From Tubiluchus corallicola (Eukaryota > Animalia > Priapulida): DNA of 64,000 nt. Shown in pieces: positions 52,290 to 64,000 of this stretch. The DNA lies in the NCBI GenBank assembly GCA_030141605.1, contig JAQGDQ010000992.1:8315-72314 (forward strand), read 5' to 3'. Position 1 is the first letter of the stretch. Every line of letters begins with the position of its first letter. The translations under genes were made by a program, and so were the position numbers. Below the pieces are notes generated by a model. That model was given only the letters and a program-made list of their open reading frames with translations, was not told the DNA's origin and ran no database searches.

Positions 52290-53881
52290 CAACAGGACAA
52301 CGATGAGACGTTACTATGGAAACGGGAGGCTTCCAACCACGAAATATAATTATTGTAGGTACTCTGAAAAACGAGTGAGTTTTACACTAGGTTTTCAAAC
52401 TATTTATACTAGTGATATAATGTTAAACTGAATCATGATAATATATTAATTCTTTTTATCACTGTTTAGATTTTGCTGGGACTCTGTTGCATGAGGAACA
52501 TGTCAGGCAGTTATTTTGCTGTAACAAAGCTATTTGGATTACATTGTTACTTTTATCTTACACTCATAATTGAACGCTAATGTGACAGTAGAAGTTTGCT
52601 ATATAACGTATGAAATGTACAGGGTGACACATAACCGTTTGCTAGGGAAGCAAAGAGTACAGTACAAGAAACACTGCTGAAACATTTACATTTCTGTCAC
52701 GTCCTCAAAATTTAGTGTGAAAGTTTTGGGTCACACATAGCCAGCAATCTTCGGGGGTATTGATAGAAGGAATGCCCGTCAAGATTTCCGTCACTGCAGA
52801 TGTCTCACAAGTTTGTCTTGAATACTGGTCAAGGCACGTTCTTTGAGCACCTAAGTGTCCACTCTCTGTCTTTCAGGATAGCTCCTGTGTGTTTGTCTGG
52901 TCAAGGCACGTTCTTCGAGCACCTAAGCGTCCACTCTCTGACTTTCAGGATAGCTCTTGTGTGTTTGTCTGGTTGAAGTCTAGTGAATTTTCACACCATT
53001 CAGTGCAATAGAAAAAATGCATTGCATTGCTGCTCTAACATGTCTAACATGCTGTTCTTATACGAATCGAGACTGCAAGCAATGACGGATGTCAGAGGCT
53101 TTCAGGGGCGTAATAACCAATAGGCTAACTAGGCTATAGCCTAGGGCGCCATAATTTGAGGGCATCACATTTTGAAAAAAATTCTTATTCTCCTCTGAAA
53201 ATATGTATCTTTTCATATTCATGTGAAGGGCGCATTTTGTAATACACCACAAGCACTTACTGAGGCAGCTTTTATATAAGTGCCACATAATGAACAGGTG
53301 CAAGGTATTACACAAGCAGTAGTGTAATCAACTTGAATATAAGTCTTATGCAAATACATCTAATTAACAATGACCATGTAGAAACTAGGTTAATAGTGTT
53401 TCTAATACCCCACAAGTAATTGGTTGATCAGCTCATTACATAAACAACCATAAATTCACACTAGAAGGGCCTGGGCGGGACAAAACTATCATCCGATGGC
53501 GCCGCAAAAGTCTTGAATACACTCCTGGAAGCTTTCACACTAAATTTTAAGGGCATGATCGATTCACTACTGTACTTTTTGATGTAGTAAAATGTTTTGC
53601 ACTATTGTTTGCTATTTTTGTACCCCCTACAGAAGGTTATGTACCACCCAGAGTTTATTAGCCTTATGATTACACTATAAGAATGGATATCATTACAGAA
53701 TACTTATATAATTATAACTAGATGCGTGTTTATGTGTAAAGCTGTTGCTGGGCAATGAGTGCCATGCGGCACCTTGGTGGCAAACATTATGCCTTGCTGT
53801 TACAGCAGTCATAAGCAAGAAAAACAGACAACAGAAATGCTTGCTGTGTATAAGATTGCGATACGTAATAAACATTACTTA

Positions 53882-54085
<204 letters not shown>

Positions 54086-55005
54086 CTAATATATTACATT
54101 TAAGCAAGTAATACAAATGTTAAGTTGCTTTTTTGTCAATTTTACCCAAAAATAATAAAGGCATAAGACATTTTACGAAGTAATTCATTTAACTGATGAA
54201 CTGAGTATTATATGATACACTTATATCTAGCTTTGGCGGACCTCACTTTTATGGATATCAGAAGAATTGGACACAATTTGGACTGCTAAAAAGTTCTGCA
54301 TATTACGGACAAAGTCCTTGTTGCGTGAGCTGACCGCTAGTTGGCGGGCCATCACTTAGTTTACATCTTTTCATGAGTGCAACCAAGCAGCATGTAACGA
54401 CACGTGTGTAACTTGTATGTCAGGAGCAGCCCGTACCAGATGTTTTTAAGACAATTAGGCGACATTAGGAGATGACCATGAGTCTACATTACCATGAGTT
54501 TAATACACTGCGCCTACTATATTAGCTTAGTATCGGTAAATACGGACAATCGGCAAATTCGCACTGACGTTTCCCCACTCTTGTCTGGCAGACCAAGAGA
54601 TGAGTGCATATTACAGTAGCATATTGCAGCCACAAGCAATTAGAAAATTCATTCAGCTTGTCATAAATACTATAAGTAACTGGACGTTAAACAAAGCCAT
54701 GGCCACCTGACCAGCAAATGCTAGTAAGTGGCACTCAGCTATTTCTTTCAAGTAAGGCGCACAAATCTAAAAGTAGCCAAGACATCTCAGCCATATTAGT
54801 GTCTTATCGTCCATCCTTGATAATTAGCTAGGCTTTGGTCCTGCCACAATCATAAATATCAATAGGCTCTTTGTTAAATATTCATTATCATTTGTTGTGT
54901 CTGAAAACACAATTAAAATATTATGATTTCAAAAAAATGCTAGAAGAAATAACACGCAGAAAAACATTAACATAGGATACGTATTTGACATCCAAACGAT
55001 TACTA

Positions 55006-55218
<213 letters not shown>

Positions 55219-55433
55219 TCAGTTGAAGGGAACTGAAAGAATTTTGATAATTTTGCAGCATTTAATATCAGCAATAGCAAGCCATTTGCACGCATCTCAG
55301 CAACAAACACAAAGCATAAACAACAGGTATTGTCTTCATACTCTTAAAAGAGACAAATTAAATATTGGAAATAATGTTAAAGTTAACACTAGATATTCAA
55401 CTAAATACATAAAAACCGTGGTGAAATCAATTA

Positions 55434-55673
<240 letters not shown>

Positions 55674-56503
55674 TCATTCTGATATAATATACAATTATAT
55701 TATATAATTTTTTTTTATTATTTAGTTGTCATTTTCATTAAACCAACTTCTTCATTAAAGTAATTACAGTTACTGCAAACGGAAGTCGCATTTATACATG
55801 ACTAGACTGCATATTGTGTTTTGCGCAAAATTATTATCGTATAGAAAGTGTCTCTGCAAGCCTTACCATTGCTAGTAAAAAAATAAACTAAAAAATAGCA
55901 CCCTCAGTAACCTTTAGCGTGAATAATAAGAATATAATATAATAATAATAATATTTCAAGGACCAAAAGTCTAGAAAGAGATTTGTCAATCCGCAAAAAA
56001 TAGCAGATCTATTACTAGATTTAAAAAAATGCTAAAAAATCAAATTCTAAGTAAGTATCAGTGAGTAATCAAAATTTCTATCAGTATCCATCCTCACAGT
56101 AGTTGCAAAATAGTGGTGTTAGCTTAATCAAGTTATCTTAATTTTACATTCTATTAACAAATAATAGTCTTTCTATCTTTTATATCATCCCATATATGAG
56201 CTTCATTCATTACATCATTCCATTTTAAGCACTAATGTTTTTTTTAATCATACGATTCACTTTAAATTTTCAGATTATTTCCATTACTTTTTTTCTTTCA
56301 CTGCGTGGAACAATCTAACAAGCTCTGCTTTTTGATTGCCTGCAACACATTTACCTTCGTATATAGGTGAACAGTGGTTGAGGCTTTTCCTGTGCAGTAT
56401 TTCTTATTTGTATTATGTTCATTGTAGGCCCTTTCACTAGATATTATACATGAAACTATTGTAAATGTGTAATGTGAAATAAATGACTTATGACTTATGA
56501 CTA

Positions 56504-56722
<219 letters not shown>

Positions 56723-57207
56723 CTACGAGAAAAGTGGCAGTTCTCTTGTTAATGACAAAGAGAAGAGAGAGAGTTATAAATGTCTAATGAAAATGACTTA
56801 TTTAACAAGATTTACTAACACTTTTCGGTATAATTTCAAGATGTAATTAATAAAACCATCAAAACTTATTATGATGAAATTCTGGTGCGTTATCACTGCC
56901 TTACTGGACAACTGGTTAATTCCAAAGGCTTGTAAAGGTTACATGTATACACATCATGTTAAAGCAGTTTATTAAAGAGAATGTATTGTAATGCAGAAAA
57001 CTGTCAACTATAATGTGAAATTTATCAATGTGAAAAATACTTAATAATCATTAAAAACCCCGTCCATGTATCTAAGTTCACTAAGATACTTACAAGTGCT
57101 CATAACCTTTTCATTGAAAAAGGACCCTACCAATGCTCTCAAATTCTGAATGTTTTTACGTAAAATGCATTATGATGCTAAACCAAACGATTAGGTTTAT
57201 TATCTTT

Positions 57208-57722
57208 GTATATTGTGTTATATTGTATTGCATTGCATTGTATTGTATAATATTATACTGTATTGTATTGCATTGCATTGTATTGTATTGTGTTACATCG
57301 TATTGTGTTGTATTGTATTGTAATGCATTGATTTGCAATGTATTGTGTAGTATTGTATGTACTGCATTGGATTGGATTGTATTGTATTGTATTGTATTGT
57401 ATTGTATTGTATTGTATTGTATTGTATTGTATTGTATTGTATTGTATTGTATTCTGTTGTGTTGTATTACTTTGCCTTGTATTGTATAGTATTGTGTTGT
57501 ATTGTATTGTATCGTATTGTGTTGTGTTGTATCGTATTGTATTGTGTTGTATCATATTGCATTGTATTGTATTGTATTGTATTGTATTGTATTGTATTGT
57601 ATTGTATTGTATTGTATTGTATTGTATTGTATTGTATTGTATTGTATTGTATTGTATTGTATTGTATTGTATTGTATTGTATTGTATTGTATTGTATTGT
57701 ATTGTATTCTGTTGTGTTGTAT
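57208..57722. repeat. (TATTG)n pentanucleotide microsatellite
   Basis: Directly visible; lies in a DDX3 intron. Confidence 0.95.
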
Positions 57723-58080
57723 TCATGAAAAAACTTATTACTACTATTACTACGAAGGGATTGTACTCCACAGACAAATGATAATTCCAATATTATTCAT
57801 TAAATGCTATAAACTATACAAAACTTCAAGGAATAAATTTTTCCGCCTCTTCATGCAATGTTCCTATCAAAAATCCATCTATAACATTTTGAGAATCTTA
57901 CGGACACACAGAAACTGGGGAATACACGAGAAAACCCTGTACTTAATCAATGTCTTTTTCCAAATCAATCATCACCAAAACTAAATCAACACACGGCAGA
58001 AGCCTCACTCCGCTAATTCGCAGAAAATTTCACTGTCACTGGTAATTTTTTGAGACTCTTGTGGATAACAAAGAGACGAA

Positions 58081-58280
58081 TAAATGCAACAGGTTGTTTT
58101 ATACAGGAACAATCTTATATCTACCAATCACCAATTCCATGTTAACTACTAGTAATTCCACACTACTAGTAAGTACACATAAATGCAACAGGTTGTTTTA
58201 AACAGGAACAATCTTATATCTACCAATCACCAATTCCATGTTAACTACTAGTAATTCCACACTACTAGTAAGTACACATA
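58081..58280. repeat. Two-copy ~99-bp tandem duplication
   Basis: taaatgcaacaggttgtttt...ctactagtaagtacaca occurs twice. Confidence 0.9.
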
Positions 58281-58975
58281 GTTGCAAATGAACTTCGACA
58301 CTGCCAACAGCTGCAGTTGAACAGCATAGAACACTTGTCTAGAATTACTTATGTCTGTCGGGAAGCCACATTCCCGACCATAAATTAATATACTCGAAAT
58401 GCGCTTGAAAATCTGATTACTGCATGTTTGTGAAGGAGTTCTAAACACTGGGAAGCAGCCGCAGCATGTGCTGTACGATTACTGCCCCACTACTGACGCT
58501 TACAAGACGAAAGCGGATACGAAGGCAGCAACATTTGTTTCCCATTTTTCTCGATATTTTCTCAGAATTTATCTGTAATCATCCTGCTAATTTTTGGGAT
58601 AATAGACATTTGCATTAACTCGGAAAAAACATGGTTACTTGAATGTGTAAGGTGAAACCTCTAGGCGTGTACACACTAAGCACTTTAAGCATGATAAATG
58701 CAGATTTCGCTAATTCTAAGTTTACTTGCAAATGTACTTTTAATCCAACAGTGACTACTGACTGCCCTACATACATGTGTCTATCTGTTAGTACATATCA
58801 ATCATACACATTGAAGATATATACACAATAGCTAAATCTTAAGATAAACAAAACAGCTATTTGTTCACTAAGTTTTGTCTGATATTAAAAAACAAATCTA
58901 CGCGTATTAATCAAAAAACCAATATTACAATTATAAATAAATCGTTAATAAACCATTATTAATGAATGAGCACTA

Positions 58976-59179
<204 letters not shown>

Positions 59180-59922
59180 TTAGCTGTAATGTTGTTACAC
59201 ATTAAACTTTGACACGTTTTCAATTGGCTCTATATTTCCTGCATTATTCAATTCATATATTAAATAGCATGTTATGGATTTTACCTAGAAATTGCAAATA
59301 AAGTGAAATTCACCTTGCAAAATTTAAAATAAAATTTTTCGTCTTACGTAAATTTTTATGACCACGTTAAAGCAATATAAAGTACTAATGTTAGCAGCTT
59401 AATTCTTCAATTGATGCCACTCTTATCAGCAGTGCTCAATGAACTATAATATTATAATCACTAAGTTTAAGAAAAAGCATCAACGAATGATTGTAATTAA
59501 GAATTAAGTGTTAGGAATATCATCAAAAATAACTCTGCAATATCAGAATTTTCTATAGTAACAAGACAGATCTGTATGAACCAACAAAAGGCACTTCTCA
59601 TTACAAGATACTTTTCAGTGCAGCAGGGGTAGCAGTTGAATTGCTAGCAAATTTAGTTTCACATTTTTAATTTTTAGCTGATCAATATCGTAGAAAAACT
59701 GTAACGCTCCATAACCATTTGATTCACCAGACCTCTACCATCAATAAAGTCTGCATCTTAGACTTATGAGTATGGTGTTTCAAGCAGAAGGAAACATTTG
59801 CTTACAGTTAAAAAAACTGCACTGAAATTTTGTGTGTCACCTACATAATGCCTTACTGGGCATACAGCTGTATTATCATCAACACTCTATATAAGTTGAA
59901 AATTTGAACACCCATGATAACT

Positions 59923-61968
59923 GCATGATGACTGTTAGGGTAGCCATTTTGGTGGTAACATGATGACTGTTAGGGTAGCCATTTTGGTGGTAGCATGATG
60001 ACTGTTAGGGTAGCCATTTTGGTGGTAGCATGATGACTGTTAGGGGTAGCCATTTTGGTGGTAGCATGATGACTGTTAGGGGTAGCCATTTTGGTTGCAG
60101 CATGATGACTGTTGGGGGTAGCCATTTTGGTGGTAACATGATGACTGTTAGGGGTAGCCATTTTGGTGGTAGCATGATGACTGTTAGGGGTAGCCATTTT
60201 GGTGGTAGCATGATGACTGTTAGGGGTAGCCATTTTGGTGGTAGCATGATGACTGTTAGGGGTAGCCATTTTGGTTGCAGCATGATGACTGTTGGGGGTA
60301 GCCATTTTGGTGGTAACATGATGACTGTTAGGGGTAGCCATTTTGGTGGTAGCATGATGACTGTTAGGGGTAGCCATTTTGGTGGTAGCATGATGACTGT
60401 TAGGGGTAGCCATTTTGATGGTAGCATGATGACTGTTAGGGGTAGCCATTTTGGTGGTGTCATGATGACTGTTAGGGGTAGCCAATTTGATGGTAGCATG
60501 ATGACTGTTGGGGGTAGCCATTTTGGTGGTGTCATGATGACTGTTAGGGGTAGCCATTTTGGTGGTAGCATGATGACTGTTAGGGGTAGCCATTTTGGTG
60601 GTAGCATGATGACTGTTAGGGGTAGCCATTTTGGTGGTAGCATGATGACTGTTAGGGGTAGCCATTTTGGTGGTAACATGATGACTGTTAGGGGTAGCCA
60701 TTTTGGTGGTGTCATGATGACTGTTAGGGGTAGCCAATTTGGTGGTAACATGATGACTGTTAGGGGTAGCCATTTTGGTGGTAGCATGATGACTGTTAGG
60801 GGTAGCCATTTTGGTGGTAGCATGATGACTGTTAGGGGTAGCCATTTTGGTGGTAACATGATGACTGTTAGGGGTAGCCAATTTGGTTGCAGCATGATGA
60901 CTGTTAGGGGTAGCCATTTTGGTGGTAGCATGATGACTGTTAGGGGTAGCCATTTTGGTGGTGTCATGATGACTGTTAGGGGTAGCCATTTTGGTTGCAG
61001 CATGATGACTGTTGGGGGTAGCCATTTTGGTGGTAACATGATGACTGTTAGGGGTAGCCATTTTGGTTGCAGCATGATGACTGTTGGGGGTAGCCATTTT
61101 GGTGGTAGCATGATGACTGTTAGGGGTAGCCATTTTGGTGGTAGCATGATGACTGTTAGGGGTAGCCATTTTGGTTGCAGCATGATGACTGTTGGTAGCC
61201 ATTTTGTGGTACATGATGACTGTTAGGGTAGCCATTTTGGTGGTGTCATGATGACTGTTAGGGGTAGCCAATTTGATGGTAGCATGATGACTGTTGGGGG
61301 TAGCCATTTTGGTGGTGTCATGATGACTGTTAGGGGTAGCCATTTTGGTGGTAGCATGATGACTGTTAGGGGTAGCCATTTTGGTGGTAGCATGATGACT
61401 GTTAGGGGTAGCCATTTTGGTGGTAACATGATGACTGTTAGGGTAGCCATTTTGGTGGTAACATGATGACTGTTAGGGGTAGCCATTTTGGTTGTAGCAT
61501 GATGACTGTTAGCGGTAGCCATTTTGGTGGTAACATGATGACTGTTAGGGTAGCCATTTTGGTGGTAGCATGATGACTGTTAGGGGTAGCCATTTTGGTT
61601 GCAGCATGATGACTGTTAGGGGTAGCCATTTTGGTGGTAACATGATGACTGTTAGGGGTAGCCATTTTGGTGGTGTCATGATGACTGTTAGGGGTAGCCA
61701 ATTTGGTGGTAACATGATGACTGTTAGGGGTAGCCATTTTGGTGGTAGCATGATGACTGTTAGGGGTAGCCATTTTGGTGGTAGCATGATGACTGTTAGG
61801 GGTAGCCATTTTGGTGGTAGCATGATGACTGTTAGGGTAGCCATTTTGGTTGCAGCATGATGACTGTTAGGGGTAGCCATTTTGATGGTGTCATGATGAC
61901 TGTTAGGGGTAGCCATTTTGGTTGCAGCATGATGACTGTTGGGGGTAGCCATTTTGGTGGTAGCATGA
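59923..61968. repeat. 36-bp G-rich satellite, about 57 copies, in a DDX3 intron
   Basis: Unit catgatgactgttaggggtagccattttggtggtag; explains the MATPNSHHATTK-repeat ORFs. Confidence 0.97.
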
Positions 61969-62994
61969 CCAGAAATTTAATGGGTCTTTCAAATACACTA
62001 ACAAAACTTGAATCCTTCCTTGATTAGCTGGTTCCTTGCATTTTTCCTCTACCCCTTTCACACGCACACACACTCTCTCCTTGCACATTCTCTCTTTTGT
62101 CTCCCTCACTCTCTTTTGCCCTGTCACTCATATGCTTTCTGCCAGCTTCTTTCAAGAAAGCAGTTTTGGCCCGTGAAATCACTAAAATGGCGTCTAATTA
62201 GAACACAGTAATATATGCACTGCTGATGTCTTGCCACTCAAAGTATTTCCCCACACTGAAAGAAAAACCTAGAAAAATTGGTTGCACTCCCGTCAAAAAT
62301 TAATACTAAGCATGCAGGCATGGTCAAATCAGGCCCCAAGAGGTAGATAGCAAGTGAACACAGGCATCATTTGATCCATCATAATAAGATTAAGGAATAC
62401 ACGCACGCACGCACGCACGCACGCACACACACACAGTCAGGAACATGTATTATTGCATTGTTGTTATGATAGTTTGCTAACCAGATATTCTTTGGAAATT
62501 TTGAATTAAGTTTATTTATCTCAGATTGAAAGCAGCACTAATATAACGAATGATAAATATTTCACCTTATGAAGCACACTTTAAAATAAGGTGCAAAGTT
62601 TCGCTTTGTTTCTACCATTATATTTAACGAAACTGCCCATCACAAATTACACAAATTACATTGTTTAATCAATATATTCAATCAATAAATACAATACCAT
62701 TCCGTCACAGCTGAAAAATTCTCAGCTGAGAATGATGCAAGAAACTTCAGAACAACTGCAACTTGCCAACTTTCAAATTAAAACAATAAATCTGTCATGT
62801 TCAGCACACTAAATCACTTTATTTCATTCAATTTCTGACACTAATAGCATTGTAGCAGTTCATAATTGCAGAACAACCATGTACAAAGAACTGTTCAACG
62901 TTGTACATAAATCATACTAGTTATTATGTCACAACCCTGTAACCATCCATCACAGTGTGAGGTCAAAATAGCTAGTGCAGCAACTAGTAAACCA

Positions 62995-63258
62995 AAGGTG
63001 TAGCCATGTTTTAAAGTCAGTGCAAGCAAGCACATGAAAAGGTGTCAGGGGTGTGGCCAGGTTTTACAGTCAGGGCAAGCAAGCACATGAAAACGTGTCA
63101 GGACTGTAGCCAGGTTTTAAAGTCAGAGCAAGCAAGCACATGAAAAGGTGCCAGGAGTGTAGCCAGGTTTTAAAGTCAGGGGGAGCAAGCACATGAAAAG
63201 GTGCCAGGAGTGTAGCCAGGTTTTAAAGTCAGGGGGAGCAAGCACATAGAAAGGTGCC
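62995..63258. repeat. Diverged ~55-bp tandem repeat, about 5 copies
   Basis: gcaagcacatgaaaaggtgccaggagtgtagccaggttttaaagtcag recurs. Confidence 0.85.
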
Positions 63259-64000
63259 GTGACACATACACCCAAACAATTTTTAACGCATTGATGATAT
63301 AGATTTTAATTTTGTGTTTAAAATCAAAACGTGAAGAAAACGCAGTTTTAAAGGAAGTACATAACTGTTATTTCGTATTTAAAATTGAAACATAATAAAA
63401 AGTTTTACAGTAAGCTCATAAATTTCAAACCATTATAAAAACGTGTGTGTTACTTAATTATTTTCATTTTAAACTTAAAACGAAAACAAAATGAAGCTTG
63501 TAAAAATGCATCATGAAGTTGTTCAACTGTACAATAAAAAAATATTGTTGTAAGGATGCCAATTGTGAAAAATGTGCTCAGTGGAGTGGTTGCTCCCCTA
63601 TTAGCGATGCCACTGTAGTAAACCCAATTAACTTAACAAATTGAGTACTATCTAAAAAGAAAAATAATTGTTTGATAGGTTATACCATCATGAGTGTAAA
63701 AGAAATTGCAATCAGATTTTACAATAATCTTCTATTTAATACTGTTCTCAAAATCTAAAGATATGTCACGTTAGATATTAGGTAAGTTGAGAAGGTATGT
63801 GATATTTTAGATATTAGATAGCTAAGAGTATAAACAGTATAACGTATAAGAGATAAGTTAATTGTATAAACAGTTCACACAGACTTTTGAGTATAAAGCA
63901 GTCACAGTTTCCTGAATTGACAAACAGCATTTAATATATAAGGTCACATAATAACAATTTATACACAATAATTGCTGAAGATGACAGAGTTCATTTGAAG

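Noticed and set aside
52310-52323. Good X-box match GTTACTATGGAAAC just after the nested gene's stop
   Set aside because: A single motif not at an evident promoter; it could occur by chance in 64 kb, so no link to the RFX gene is claimed.
59970-61952. Long ORFs of up to 481 aa (MATPNSHHATTK repeats)
   Set aside because: By-product of a 36-bp satellite that is open in several frames, broken by indels, and inside a DDX3 intron.

Overview
AT-rich, repeat-dense, intron-containing DNA from an animal genome, probably an invertebrate; the species cannot be determined from this window. Most long ORFs in the supplied track are artefacts of micro- and minisatellites. Reading splice sites by hand gives five gene models. 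(1) A divergent RFX4/6/8-like transcription factor on the minus strand, with at least 8 exons, running off the left edge. (2) A minus-strand gene or pseudogene with signal peptide, LRRs, a Cys cap, a Thr-rich mucin stalk and a hydrophobic segment, broken by a 1-nt homopolymer frameshift. (3) An intronless FAM43-like PTB/PID protein on the plus strand. (4) The last six coding exons of a DDX3/PL10 DEAD-box helicase on the minus strand, whose 5' part lies beyond the right edge. (5) A complete 5-exon, 275-aa DOK/FRS2-type (IRS-PTB) adaptor on the plus strand, nested inside the last DDX3 intron; it is almost invisible in the ORF track, lacks a PH domain, carries YEEI, IYAVV and YENV motifs, and hosts a solo LTR with a 5-bp target-site duplication. 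The rest is Helitron/Helentron-like repeats, MITEs, a LINE tail, foldback elements and several satellites. All models were derived by manual reading, without database searches.
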